64,000 bases of DNA from an uncultured Pelagibacteraceae bacterium (GCA_902559305.1 CACEHK010000001.1:163276-227275), one strand, 5' to 3'. Shown: positions 52,442-63,095, counted from the first letter of the stretch. The notes: generated from the letters alone by a model not told the origin. Translations and numbers: made by a program.

Positions 52442-53539
52442 ATGGCACATAAAAAACTTATAATTTTTATGCCTTCAATTGAGGGTGGTGGTGTTGAAAA
52501 AAACTTTTTTGTAATTTCAAATTATTTATCAAAAAAAATTCCAAATATTAATGTAATTTCATTATCAAAAAAATACAAGGGATACCTAGATAATAGAATA
52601 AACTTTATATCTCTAAAATCTGATTTCTGGGATAATATTGGCAGAAGATCAAAATTTATTGTTTGTCTCTTTATTTTATTTAAAGAATTGTTGTTTAGCA
52701 AAAATGTTATTGTTCTTGGGTTTCAAGGTCATTTATATTCAATACTGATTTGTAAATTGATGTCAGCAAAAATAATTATAAGGTCAAATTCTTCGCCATC
52801 TGGATGGTCAAAAAATTTAATTAAAAAATTTTTCTATAAATTAATTTATTCTTTATCAAATAAAATAATTGTAAATAGCAATGAATTTAAAAAAGAAATT
52901 AAAAAGAAATTTGGCTTAAACTCAATATATATTTACAATCCTTTAAATTCAAAAGAAATTAAGAGATTATCAAAAAGTAAAATAAAAAATGATTTTTTTA
53001 AAAAGAAGTATCTTAATTTAATTAATGTTGCCAGATTAAATGAACAGAAAGATCAAATCTGTTTATTAAAATCAATTAACTATTTAAAAGGGAAAATACC
53101 AATAAAGTTATTGATAATTGGTGACGGAAAAGAAAAAGAAATAATTTTAGACTTTATATATAAAAATAAACTATCAAAAATTGTAAAAATTTTACCATTT
53201 AAAAAAAATCCATTTCCTTACATATTGGAATCTGATTTATTTGTTCTTTCTTCCAGATACGAAGGTTTGCCAAATATTTTATTAGAAACCATCGTATTAA
53301 AAAAACCAATTTTATCAAGCAATTGTCCAACGGGGCCAAAAGAAATTTTAGATAATGGCAAAGGTGGATTATTATTTAAAAAAGGAGATTATAAAGATTT
53401 AGCAAAAAAGATTATTTTGTTTAAAAATAATAAAAAAAATATTTCAAAAAAAATAAATCATGCACATAAAAGGTTGTATAGATTTAATTTTAAAACTAAT
53501 TTACAAAAATATTATAAATTAGTAACAAACTTAAAATGA
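52442..53539 (+). CDS. Glycosyltransferase family 4 (GT-B)
   Basis: GGGVE, IYNP, ARLNEQK, SSRYEGLPNILLE, GPKEI. Confidence 0.92.
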   Translation: MAHKKLIIFMPSIEGGGVEKNFFVISNYLSKKIPNINVISLSKKYKGYLDNRINFISLKSDFWDNIGRRSKFIVCLFILFKELLFSKNVIVLGFQGHLYSILICKLMSAKIIIRSNSSPSGWSKNLIKKFFYKLIYSLSNKIIVNSNEFKKEIKKKFGLNSIYIYNPLNSKEIKRLSKSKIKNDFFKKKYLNLINVARLNEQKDQICLLKSINYLKGKIPIKLLIIGDGKEKEIILDFIYKNKLSKIVKILPFKKNPFPYILESDLFVLSSRYEGLPNILLETIVLKKPILSSNCPTGPKEILDNGKGGLLFKKGDYKDLAKKIILFKNNKKNISKKINHAHKRLYRFNFKTNLQKYYKLVTNLK

Positions 53540-53593
53540 TTTATTTATTTGAGATAAGAAAAAAATGAAATTTAATAAAGATAATTGATATAA

Positions 53594-54457
53594 CTATCTT
53601 TTAAAATTTAACTTATTTTTTAAATATTTTGAAAATAAATTTACAATATTGAAAATTCCTGTTGGTTTTGCATATCCTAAATAATCTGAAAATTTTGGAT
53701 TATTACTTTGTTCAGTTTGTTCAAAAGGAGAAACAAATAAAATTAATTGCATCATTGTTCTATAGTTTTCAGGAATTGTCGCTCTATGAAAACAATTTGT
53801 AGAGTCAAACAATATCGCTTCACCCTTTTTACCTGTGTTTGAATAAATGTAATCATAATTATTATCATTATTATAATAATTTCTATCTTTATAATTAAAG
53901 TCTTTAATAAACTTTTTATTAATTTTTTTACTAATAATATTCAGTGGTCCACAAGTTTTATCAACATCCATCAAATTAATGTGAATTTTAATGTAATTAC
54001 ATATATAACCATCACAATGAAATTTTTCTGAAAAATATTCTTTACTTGATGAAATTTCTTTTGGTTTAAAATTTGACCAAATACTCATATCTGCAATTAT
54101 TATATTTGAATTATAATATTTTTTTAAATTATTCAAAAGATCTTTAAGTTTATCATTTAAATTTTTAATTATTTTTGTTTTTATATTCTGAGATAAATCG
54201 TATTCAACTCTATTAGGAAATTTTTCTTTAATAGTTATGTTTTTATTTATTTCATCAACTTCTTCTAGAAAATTACTATCAATTTTTGTATAACCTTCGT
54301 CATTAAAAGTTTTTAAAGTATGATTCAAATTTTTTTTGTTCACAATTAATTTATTGAAAAAAAAATTAAATAAACAATAGCTTATTGGTAATCTTTTATT
54401 AAACAATAATACACTTATATAATTTGATATACTTGATTTTATTTTGTGAATTTTCAT
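53594..54457 (-). CDS. Fe(II)/2-oxoglutarate oxygenase (PhyH-like)
   Basis: FHCD (HxD), GP, GEAILFD..CFHRA, distal Arg. Confidence 0.72.
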   Translation of the reverse strand: MKIHKIKSSISNYISVLLFNKRLPISYCLFNFFFNKLIVNKKNLNHTLKTFNDEGYTKIDSNFLEEVDEINKNITIKEKFPNRVEYDLSQNIKTKIIKNLNDKLKDLLNNLKKYYNSNIIIADMSIWSNFKPKEISSSKEYFSEKFHCDGYICNYIKIHINLMDVDKTCGPLNIISKKINKKFIKDFNYKDRNYYNNDNNYDYIYSNTGKKGEAILFDSTNCFHRATIPENYRTMMQLILFVSPFEQTEQSNNPKFSDYLGYAKPTGIFNIVNLFSKYLKNKLNFKR

Positions 54458-54458
54458 A

Positions 54459-55217
54459 TTATTTATTTATAATTAAAGATTTAATTAGTCTTATCAAAAA
54501 TTGCAAAGATCTAGTTTTGGAATAAATAAATTCATGAATAAAACCTAAATAATTTTGTTTAAAAAAATTAGGCAATATATTTAAGTCAGAAGTTTCGTTA
54601 TGTTTAATCTGATAATTTGCATTTTTTGGAAAAATTACAAATGACAGAAGTAATCTATTTTTTTTTGAAATATTTTTAGTCCCTCTATGCCATAATGAGT
54701 GTTTTCTTATAATTATATCTCCTTTATTTAGTAAAACTTTTTTTTTATTTTTTTTTGATAAAATAAATTTCCAATATGGAACATTTTTTTTGTGACTACC
54801 TATACAAACTTCTGTTGGACCATTGATTTCATTGATATCTTCGGTTGATATAGACATCAAATACATTTCTTTATCAAAACCTCCATCTATATGAAAATGT
54901 TGTTCTCCCTTGCCAGATAATGATAGATTTCCACCATAGTTAAATATCAAATCATCAATTTTTTTATTTAAAATTTTTTCAATAGAATTAAATATTCCGG
55001 CTGATTTGACTATATTTAACAAATCATCTCCATATTTTCCTGGATAAATATTTAAATTTCCCATCATAGAGCCTCTTAATTTATTTATATCCATTGAAAT
55101 GATTTTTTCTTCTAGTGAATTATAAATTTTTTTTGATAGTTCTATAAATTGATGATTATTACCTAAATTTGTATTTATAATAATAAATCCGTTTTCTTCA
55201 AATTGTTCTTTTTGCAT
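54459..55217 (-). CDS. Phytanoyl-CoA dioxygenase family (Fe(II)/2OG) protein
   Basis: FEENGFII, QHFHID, NGPTEV..GSHK, GDIII..WHRG..N..R. Confidence 0.85.
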   Translation of the reverse strand: MQKEQFEENGFIIINTNLGNNHQFIELSKKIYNSLEEKIISMDINKLRGSMMGNLNIYPGKYGDDLLNIVKSAGIFNSIEKILNKKIDDLIFNYGGNLSLSGKGEQHFHIDGGFDKEMYLMSISTEDINEINGPTEVCIGSHKKNVPYWKFILSKKNKKKVLLNKGDIIIRKHSLWHRGTKNISKKNRLLLSFVIFPKNANYQIKHNETSDLNILPNFFKQNYLGFIHEFIYSKTRSLQFLIRLIKSLIINK

Positions 55218-56280
55218 ATAAATTTTTAAACATGGTTATTATAGATGTTTTTTTATTATATTTTTGGAAAAAAGTGTTAATTTTTTTATAGTTTAATCTG
55301 TCAAAATTTCCATATTTCTTTTTTAAATAATGTATTCCGGCATAAAAAATTGGAACTAATCTTGCTGAATATCTCAATTTAAAAGAAAGGATAAACATTA
55401 AAAAAAGTTTTATAATAAAAGAGTTGTAACCAAAAAATTTGTCCAAAGGAGTTCCTATTTTTCTTAATAGAACTAGACGATATTTATAATTATAATAAAT
55501 ATTTTTTGCCCAGTTTTTTCCAACTGTATGTGATACTGCATGATATATTTTTTGATCAAGATCTACACCTAATTTTCCATTAGTTTTTTTTAATCTGTAT
55601 GATAATTCAATATCTTCTTCTCCATAGAAAAAATCTGGATCCGATAATCCTGCAATTTTTAAATTTTTTGATCTCATTATAGAAGCACACCCAACGATAG
55701 CATCTGTATTTATCAAGCCTTTAAATTTTCTAGAATCTAAATGACCAGGATTATAGTCAGCGCATTGCTTTTGAAATTTTAAATTATTTCCTATTTTTGC
55801 TCCTCTAAACCATATTTTATCTGGCTTATCGGCGTACATAATTTTAGGACTTAAAGCTATAATTTGCTTATTTTTTTCAAGTCTTTGAACTAGTTTTAAC
55901 ATTAAATTGTTAGGCGCAACCATATCATTATCTATTCTTGCAATATAACTAAAATTATTTTTTAAACAAAATTCATATCCTGGATTGTGCCCCAGGCCAC
56001 AACCATAATTAATTCTATTTTTAATATAATAACAAACTTTTTTTTTATTATTTTTTTTATAAATTGTTTTATTTTTATTAGTATTAATTGCTTTAATTTT
56101 TTTTTTTTTTAACCAGTTTAATACCTTATTTGAAATTTTTTTTTTTGAGTTATTGTCAACTAAAACTAAAGTAAATTTTTGTTTTTTTTGATTATAGAGA
56201 GAGTTTAAACATTTAATTGTTTTTTCACTATCGTTCCAAAACAAAACTACTATTGCAAGTTGGTTCAATAAATTACCCAT
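55198..56280 (-). CDS. Glycosyltransferase family 2 (rhamnosyltransferase-like)
   Basis: VDNNS, N.G...GHN.G, IDND, GC, FFYGEEDIELSYR. Confidence 0.88.
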   Translation of the reverse strand: MGNLLNQLAIVVLFWNDSEKTIKCLNSLYNQKKQKFTLVLVDNNSKKKISNKVLNWLKKKKIKAINTNKNKTIYKKNNKKKVCYYIKNRINYGCGLGHNPGYEFCLKNNFSYIARIDNDMVAPNNLMLKLVQRLEKNKQIIALSPKIMYADKPDKIWFRGAKIGNNLKFQKQCADYNPGHLDSRKFKGLINTDAIVGCASIMRSKNLKIAGLSDPDFFYGEEDIELSYRLKKTNGKLGVDLDQKIYHAVSHTVGKNWAKNIYYNYKYRLVLLRKIGTPLDKFFGYNSFIIKLFLMFILSFKLRYSARLVPIFYAGIHYLKKKYGNFDRLNYKKINTFFQKYNKKTSIITMFKNLYAKRTI

Positions 56281-56284
56281 AATT

Positions 56285-57436
56285 TTAAGATACTAAAATT
56301 AACATATTTTTGTAATGATTTAATAATGAAAATTCTTTTGTAAACTTTTTTGCGTTATATTTTATTTCATATTTTTCTTCATTATTTAATTTTTTTAAAG
56401 TTTCAAATTGTTTTATAAAATCATGTTTAGAATTATTTTTAAATAAAAAGCCCCTATTTTTTTCTAATATTTCTTTTGGTCCAGACTGGCAATCACTTGA
56501 GAGAACTAATGTATTGCAATACATAGCTTCAATGAGAACAAAACCTGGATCTTCCCATAATGAGCTTAAAATAAATCCTTCACAATGATTTAAATATTTA
56601 AAAACATTACTTCTATAGCCTAATAATAAAATATTATTTTCTATTTTATATTTATTTATTAAATTTTTTAATGTTTTTAATTCTTCGCCCTCACCTATTA
56701 TTACTAAGTTTACTTTATTATTTCTTTTAATTAATTCATTAAAACAATTGATTAAAAAAGAAAAATTTTTTTGTCTTGTTAATCTTCCAATTGAAAGATA
56801 ATAATTTTTAAATTTTAAATCATTAATTTTTTCTTTTTTTTTATATATGTTTATTTCTTTTGTTGAAATAATAGGATCATATAATAAAAATAATTTTTCA
56901 TCTTCAACCAAATTAAGGTTTTTAAAATACTTTAAAGTCTCCTTCGTAGGAAAAGTAATTTTAAAAATTTTTTTTAAAGCAATTTTCCAAAAAATATGTC
57001 TAACTATATTTAATTTTGGCTTACCTGAAATTCTTAATATAATTTTAGTATCAAAACTATAAATTAAGTTTAAAAAAAGTGGAAGGGAAGTCATTAGATG
57101 TATAATTAAAAATTTTGGTTTTATTTTTTTTAAAAATTTTTTTAATGGAAAAAAAGTTGAGAAAAAAATAAATAAATATTTTAATCTACTAAAAAAAAAC
57201 CCTAAGGATGGGATTTTCTTTATAAAAGATGAATTATTTAATTTATGAATTGAAATTTTTTCAAATTCAAAATATTTATTATTTTCCCACTCACCAAAAG
57301 CATCTAAAATAATACTTTCAAATTTTCCATCTGAAAATTTGTTGATTGATGTTACGGAATTATAAACTGCTTTAACTGTTGCCACATTGTTTATAAATGG
57401 ACACCAGTAATAAATTTTAGTTTTATTATCTTTCAT
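56285..57436 (-). CDS. Glycosyltransferase family 4
   Basis: GRLTRQKN, SSLWEDPGFVLIEA, SDCQSGPKEI. Confidence 0.9.
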   Translation of the reverse strand: MKDNKTKIYYWCPFINNVATVKAVYNSVTSINKFSDGKFESIILDAFGEWENNKYFEFEKISIHKLNNSSFIKKIPSLGFFFSRLKYLFIFFSTFFPLKKFLKKIKPKFLIIHLMTSLPLFLNLIYSFDTKIILRISGKPKLNIVRHIFWKIALKKIFKITFPTKETLKYFKNLNLVEDEKLFLLYDPIISTKEINIYKKKEKINDLKFKNYYLSIGRLTRQKNFSFLINCFNELIKRNNKVNLVIIGEGEELKTLKNLINKYKIENNILLLGYRSNVFKYLNHCEGFILSSLWEDPGFVLIEAMYCNTLVLSSDCQSGPKEILEKNRGFLFKNNSKHDFIKQFETLKKLNNEEKYEIKYNAKKFTKEFSLLNHYKNMLILVS

Positions 57437-58547
57437 TAAAAATTTTTTTTAAAAAATTCAAATATTGTTCTGAGTTTCTTTCACAAAGAAATCTATTAAT
57501 TCTATTTTTAGCAAATATTACTTTTTTTTGTGCTATTTTATTATTTTTAATTACAAATTCTATTTTGTTTGATAGCTCAATATTTGATTTTACAGGCACT
57601 AAAAAGCCACCCTTTCCATAATCAATTATCTCTGAAGGACCACTTTTACAATTTGTAGTTATAATTGGAATATTATAATTTACAGCATCTATAAGAACGT
57701 TTCCTAAGCCCTCATAGACTGAGTTTAAAATAAAAATTTTAGATTTTTTGTAATATTTATCAATATCATTAGTCCAACTTATGAATTTAACTTTTTTATT
57801 TAAATCTAAATTATTAACTAGCATAATCATTCTTTTTTTTAGTTCACCATCTCCTACTAAGATTAATTTATAGTTATCAATATTTTTTTGCAGATACTTA
57901 AATGATTTAATTAAACCTTCAAAATTTTTTTGTTTCGTAAATCTACCTATAGATAATATATAATTATTTTTTTTGAATTTTATGTTTTTTAATATTTTTT
58001 TAAGATAAGGATTGTAAATATATTTTATATTTTTTTTAAAAAAAATTAACTTTTTAATCGATTTTTTTGAGCCATTTGAGTTTGTTATAATCCCACTCGC
58101 AAAACTATAAGTTAAAAATTTTAATATAAGAATAAATATTGAAAAAATCCTATTTTCTGCATAAAATGTAGAATATAAAGGATCCTCTGCGTTCCTAACA
58201 ACTATTTTAAATTTAAAAATTCTACTTAATAAAATAGATATTGAACTACTTTGCAATGAAAATACAATAGTATTTTTTGGATTAGATTTTTTTAATTCCT
58301 TAGCTAAAAACTTAGAAGCTAATAATGCTTTTGCAACTCTATTTGGGATAATTTTATTTATTTTATTGCTAAAATTTTTAATTTCGAAATACTTATTTCT
58401 AATAATTTTTTTATTATTAAAATTTGAGCTTATTAAAATTATCTTAATTTTATTCTTTAAAAAAAAATTAATTAAATTAATTAAAATTAATTCAACCCCT
58501 CCTCTCTCAAAAGATGGGTAAAAAATAATTATTTTTTTTAAATTCAT
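57426..58547 (-). CDS. Glycosyltransferase family 4
   Basis: GGVE, IYNP, GRFTKQKN, SVYEGLGNVLID, GPSEI. Confidence 0.9.
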   Translation of the reverse strand: MNLKKIIIFYPSFERGGVELILINLINFFLKNKIKIILISSNFNNKKIIRNKYFEIKNFSNKINKIIPNRVAKALLASKFLAKELKKSNPKNTIVFSLQSSSISILLSRIFKFKIVVRNAEDPLYSTFYAENRIFSIFILILKFLTYSFASGIITNSNGSKKSIKKLIFFKKNIKYIYNPYLKKILKNIKFKKNNYILSIGRFTKQKNFEGLIKSFKYLQKNIDNYKLILVGDGELKKRMIMLVNNLDLNKKVKFISWTNDIDKYYKKSKIFILNSVYEGLGNVLIDAVNYNIPIITTNCKSGPSEIIDYGKGGFLVPVKSNIELSNKIEFVIKNNKIAQKKVIFAKNRINRFLCERNSEQYLNFLKKIFNER

Positions 58548-59515
58548 TTGTGAAGAAATAATGATTTTTTATTTTTAAAATTTTTATACCAATTAATTGT
58601 TTTTTTTAGACCTATTTCTATTTTAGTAAATTTTATATTCTTTATACTTTTCAGTAATTTTTTATTTGATCCATAGGTTACAAGCATCTCTCCTTTTCTT
58701 TTGGGTAAATATTTTATATGAAAAGATTTATTCAAGTTTTTTTTAAATAATTTTAAAATAGTATTAATCTCAATTGGTCTTGATGCACAAATATTATAAG
58801 TTTCCATCTTTAAATTTTTTTTTTTTGATAAAAGAAACATTATTTTTATAACATCATCTATATATGTAAAATCTCTTAAATATTTACCATAATTATAAAT
58901 ATTAATTTTTTTATTTTTTTTCATATAGGATAAAAACTTTAAAATTAACATATCTGGTCTTCCATAAGGTCCATAAACTGTAAAAGGTCTTAATATTTTT
59001 GTTGAAATAGGTAAATTCTTATAATTATTTTTAATAATTTTCTCACATTCTATTTTTGTCTTTGCGTAATAATTAATTGGTTTTAATTTTGTATTTTCTA
59101 AAATAGGATACTTTTTTTGGTCTCCATAAACTGAGCTGGATGAAATTAATAAAAATTGATCAATATCAATATTTTTACATAAATGGACTAAATTTCTTGT
59201 AGCTTCAACATTATTGGAGTAATAACTTTTAGGATTTTTATATGAGTAAATAACGCCAGGTTGAGCAGCAAGATGAATAATTTTTATTTTGGTTAAACTT
59301 TTGAAGATTTTTTTTACCTTATTTTTATTACATAAATTAACTTCATAGAATTTAAAAAATTTATTTTTTTTTAAAATATTTAACCTTTTAAGTTTAAGTT
59401 CTTTCGAATAATATTTATTTAAACTATCAATACCAATAACTTTTATTTTTTTTTTTATTAAGTAATGGCTCATATGATATCCGATGAATCCTGCACAACC
59501 TGTTATTAAATACAT
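58544..59515 (-). CDS. UDP-glucuronate 4-epimerase-like SDR
   Basis: TGCAGFIG, HLAAQPGV, SSSSVYG, YAKTK, FTVYGPYGRPDM, RDFTYIDD. Confidence 0.87.
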   Translation of the reverse strand: MYLITGCAGFIGYHMSHYLIKKKIKVIGIDSLNKYYSKELKLKRLNILKKNKFFKFYEVNLCNKNKVKKIFKSLTKIKIIHLAAQPGVIYSYKNPKSYYSNNVEATRNLVHLCKNIDIDQFLLISSSSVYGDQKKYPILENTKLKPINYYAKTKIECEKIIKNNYKNLPISTKILRPFTVYGPYGRPDMLILKFLSYMKKNKKINIYNYGKYLRDFTYIDDVIKIMFLLSKKKNLKMETYNICASRPIEINTILKLFKKNLNKSFHIKYLPKRKGEMLVTYGSNKKLLKSIKNIKFTKIEIGLKKTINWYKNFKNKKSLFLHK

Positions 59516-59522
59516 AAGTTTC

Positions 59523-60632
59523 TTAATTTAAACCCTTCAATATTTTTTTAGCTCTCTCAGTTAATGAATATTTTTTGCTTAATCTAAAATTATTTTTTGA
59601 TATTATTAATTGCTTATATGGTTGATTTTTTAATTTATGTATCTCATTTTTCCAAGAAAATATATTTTTATAATTTTTAATAAATATTGCGTTTTTGTTT
59701 TCTTTGATAGGCTCTTTTAGTACCTTAAAATCTGAACAAATAATTATTTTACCTGCACTTAAATAGTCAAATAATTTTAGTGGAGAAGTAAATTTAGTAA
59801 TATCACCAATGTCACCAGCGGCAGTTATCGATGATACGTATGGCATTAGCAATATATCCATTTTAGATAAATTTTTGGGAATTTCTTTATAAGGTATGTA
59901 ATTATGTAAATATAAATTTTTGACCGAGCTTTTGATATAATGGAGATTTAATTTTTTTGTATCTCCATATAAATAATATTGATTTTTTTTATCTATTTTT
60001 GCTAAATTATAAATAAGATCAAAGCCTCTTGATTTATATAAAGATCCAAAATAACCAATTTTGAAGTATTTTTTATTATTAGAAAAATTAAAATTTTTTT
60101 TAATTGATGAACCACTTGGCAAAACTTCAATTTTGTTAACATTAACTGAATATTTATTTATATATTCATTTTTTACTCCTTTCGTTATTGCAACTATCTT
60201 TTCTACAAATCTGGAATTTAAAAATTTAAATTTATTTACAAGAAATCTTACAATTCTCGACTCAGTATCTAGATCATGATGTAATTCTAAAATAACTTTT
60301 TTTCTGAACAATATTAATAGAAAGCAAGTAAAAAAATTTCTTGTTATATAAAGCTGAGGTTTAAATTTTAAACTTTCGATAATAGAAAACAAAGAAAATA
60401 AATAATAATTTAAACCTAAAGGAAATTTTTTAAAGGATTTTAATTTTTTAAATGTAAATTTTGATTTAATATTATAATATTGAAAAATATTTTTTTCTAT
60501 AGTGGATACATTTGTAGTAATTAACACAACACTGTTATTTAATTCACTAAATGCCTCACACATTTTTACTATTTGAATTGAACTAGCGACCGATGAAGGC
60601 ATTGAGGAATTTGAAAGATAGCATATTCTCAT
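59523..60632 (-). CDS. Glycosyltransferase family 4
   Basis: ASSIQIVKMCEAF, ELH, GYFGSL..SRG, FTSPLKLFDY. Confidence 0.88.
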   Translation of the reverse strand: MRICYLSNSSMPSSVASSIQIVKMCEAFSELNNSVVLITTNVSTIEKNIFQYYNIKSKFTFKKLKSFKKFPLGLNYYLFSLFSIIESLKFKPQLYITRNFFTCFLLILFRKKVILELHHDLDTESRIVRFLVNKFKFLNSRFVEKIVAITKGVKNEYINKYSVNVNKIEVLPSGSSIKKNFNFSNNKKYFKIGYFGSLYKSRGFDLIYNLAKIDKKNQYYLYGDTKKLNLHYIKSSVKNLYLHNYIPYKEIPKNLSKMDILLMPYVSSITAAGDIGDITKFTSPLKLFDYLSAGKIIICSDFKVLKEPIKENKNAIFIKNYKNIFSWKNEIHKLKNQPYKQLIISKNNFRLSKKYSLTERAKKILKGLN

Positions 60633-60633
60633 T

Positions 60634-62418
60634 TTAAAATTTAAATTTTCTCAAAAAGATTTGAAGACTTATTAAATTCCAAATTAAATAAGGATCATAA
60701 TATTTTTCTTTATGTTTCTTAATTAGTTTCTGACACTCACCTAAATTTATATAGTTTGATGAGTCATAATAATTTTTATTTAAAACTTCACTTGCAAAGT
60801 TAAATAAATCATCTCTTAACCATCCTGCAAATGGAGAATTAAATCCTAGTTTCTTTTTAACAGTCATTCCAAGAACTTTTTTATATGATTTAATTAAAAT
60901 ATTTTTATTTTTAAAAAATAATCCAAATTTTTTAAAATCATTTAACATCAAAAAATTTTCTATAATATTTTTATCCAAAAAAGGCACTCTAACTTCAATA
61001 CCTTTGTTTGCATAAATTTTATCATTTCTTAATAAAATATCATTTGGAACCCATGTGTCTAAATCATGATACATTACGCTAGATAAATTTAAATTTCCTT
61101 TTAAATCATAAGTATGATTTAAAATTTTATCCAAATCATTTTTTTCAATATATTTAAAATTATTATAAATTTTATTTGAAGATTTAAATAAATTTTGTTC
61201 ACTAAAGGATAGGTATAAATCTCTTGAGTTATCAATAAAAAGTCTTTTTAAATTTTTATTTTTAAAATTAAAATTTAATTTTTTAAATAAATTAATTTTG
61301 ATTAATAATGAAATTTTATAAATTGATTTATATTTATCATATCCTGTAAATACCTCATCTCCACCATCTCCTGAAAATAAAACCTTCTCTGAAATATTTT
61401 TACTTAAAATATAGTTTGATATTGAATTTGTGTTCCCAGTTGGTTCTTCTACTATATCAACAATTTTATCAGCTGCCTCTTCAAAATCCTTACTGCCAAC
61501 CTCAATTGAATGAAATTTTGCACCGTAGTATTCTGATATTTTTTTTGCAATTTTATGATCCTCTCCATATTTTAAAGAACCTTTAAATTTAACAGAATAG
61601 TTTGCAAACCTATTTCCTTTGTCCTTCAATAGTTCTTGAAATATAATATTAGAGTCAATACCTCCAGATAATGAGAGCGCAACTGGAACATCTGACATAA
61701 ATTGTTTTGAAAAGTTGTGATTAATAATGTCTGATACGGAATTATTAAAATTGAAATTATTAAAATCAAAATTAATTAACTTTGATCTCTTATATGAGCC
61801 ATTTTGAACTTCAATTAACTCCCCGGGTAATATTTTAAAAATGTTTTTGAAAAAGGTTTCTCTAAAGTCATTTCTATTAAAATTTGAGTATGACAATAAT
61901 GCATTATTATTTAGTTGTTTTTCTTTTATTGATATAAGAAGTGGTTTAATTAATGATGAGTAATAAAATTTTTTGAAAGTTGAGTCATAATAATAATATA
62001 AAGGTTTAACTCCAACTGAATCCCTAACTAAATATAATTTATTAATTTTAGTATCATAAATAGATAATGCAAATATTCCTGATATTTTTTTAAATGCGTT
62101 TATACCTTCAAGATGAAATAACTTTATTATAACTTCTGTGTCGGAAGTGGTTTCAAATGAATATCCTTTGGAAACTAATTTATTTTTTATATCTGAATAA
62201 TTATAAATTTCTCCGTTAAAAGATAAAATAAATTCTTTAAACTTAAATGGTTGATTTGATCTTTTATCTGGGTCTATAATAGCTAATCTATTATGGCCTA
62301 CCGTATAATTATCTGAGAAATAGTAACCTTCATTGTCGGGGCCTCTGCTTGAGGTAATAGCAGACATCTTTTTTATTAAATCTATATTTTTAAAATTAAA
62401 ACCATTAATTCCGCACAT
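60634..62418 (-). CDS. asnB: Asparagine synthase-like amidotransferase (glycan-cluster type)
   Basis: N-terminal MCGI, RGPD, FNGEIYN, SDTEV, LSGGIDS, SGDGGDE, RVPFLD. Confidence 0.93.
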   Translation of the reverse strand: MCGINGFNFKNIDLIKKMSAITSSRGPDNEGYYFSDNYTVGHNRLAIIDPDKRSNQPFKFKEFILSFNGEIYNYSDIKNKLVSKGYSFETTSDTEVIIKLFHLEGINAFKKISGIFALSIYDTKINKLYLVRDSVGVKPLYYYYDSTFKKFYYSSLIKPLLISIKEKQLNNNALLSYSNFNRNDFRETFFKNIFKILPGELIEVQNGSYKRSKLINFDFNNFNFNNSVSDIINHNFSKQFMSDVPVALSLSGGIDSNIIFQELLKDKGNRFANYSVKFKGSLKYGEDHKIAKKISEYYGAKFHSIEVGSKDFEEAADKIVDIVEEPTGNTNSISNYILSKNISEKVLFSGDGGDEVFTGYDKYKSIYKISLLIKINLFKKLNFNFKNKNLKRLFIDNSRDLYLSFSEQNLFKSSNKIYNNFKYIEKNDLDKILNHTYDLKGNLNLSSVMYHDLDTWVPNDILLRNDKIYANKGIEVRVPFLDKNIIENFLMLNDFKKFGLFFKNKNILIKSYKKVLGMTVKKKLGFNSPFAGWLRDDLFNFASEVLNKNYYDSSNYINLGECQKLIKKHKEKYYDPYLIWNLISLQIFLRKFKF

Positions 62419-63095
62419 TATTTTTTTTCACCACTAAAACAAATAGTCACTGGATAAATATTATGAGTTTTTGTTTTTATAATTTTATTTATCAATCCAT
62501 CGAAGGTCATAGAAACCGCTAATAATAAATTATTTAAAAATGGTATAAATTTTAGATAATCAAATACAAGAGTATATGCTGCAGTAAATGGTCCGTAACC
62601 AAAATTTTCAACTTTTATATTTTTAAAATTTGTTTCTAATAAAACTCTTTCTATAAACTGTTTTGTATATCTATTAAAATCATCTGGTGCTCCATGTACA
62701 CGATGAATAAAAGGCGTTGATCCTATTAAACTAGAATCTTTTTTTAGACATCTATTTATTTCGGAAAAAGCATTTTTTATGTCGTAAACATGTTCCAAAA
62801 CATTAAAAACAATAATATTATCAAAAGTCTCATCTTCAAAACTTAACTTGACCTCTAGATCCTGTTTACTTGTTTCAGAATCTTTTGGAAATTTATCACA
62901 AAACAAAACTTCACTTGCACTTTTTATATTAATAAAATTAACAAAATTTTTAGTTGATTTATGCTGAGCTCCAAATTCAGCTATTTTGCCAGAAGCATTT
63001 TTATTTTTTGCATATATTTCTTGTAAAATTCTATTTAAACTTTTTTTTTTAAAAGTATTGATCATAATATAATTAAAATTTTTAAAATTTGTCAT
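62418..63095 (-). CDS. Class I SAM-dependent methyltransferase
   Basis: AEFGA, FDNI..FNVLEHV, STPF..VHGAPDDFNRYT. Confidence 0.87.
   Translation of the reverse strand: MTNFKNFNYIMINTFKKKSLNRILQEIYAKNKNASGKIAEFGAQHKSTKNFVNFINIKSASEVLFCDKFPKDSETSKQDLEVKLSFEDETFDNIIVFNVLEHVYDIKNAFSEINRCLKKDSSLIGSTPFIHRVHGAPDDFNRYTKQFIERVLLETNFKNIKVENFGYGPFTAAYTLVFDYLKFIPFLNNLLLAVSMTFDGLINKIIKTKTHNIYPVTICFSGEKK

Noticed and set aside
56097-56110. A14 tract in a GT2 as a phase-variation switch
   Set aside because: Similar A13 tracts occur in core genes (glmM, S49) and the frame is intact; composition explains it
2093-60279. Short overlapping ORFs in the track (e.g. 2093-2317, 4543-4809, 5403-5753, 23362-23754, 32150-32488, 60061-60279)
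   Set aside because: They are antisense or alternate-frame shadows of well-supported genes and carry no recognisable motifs
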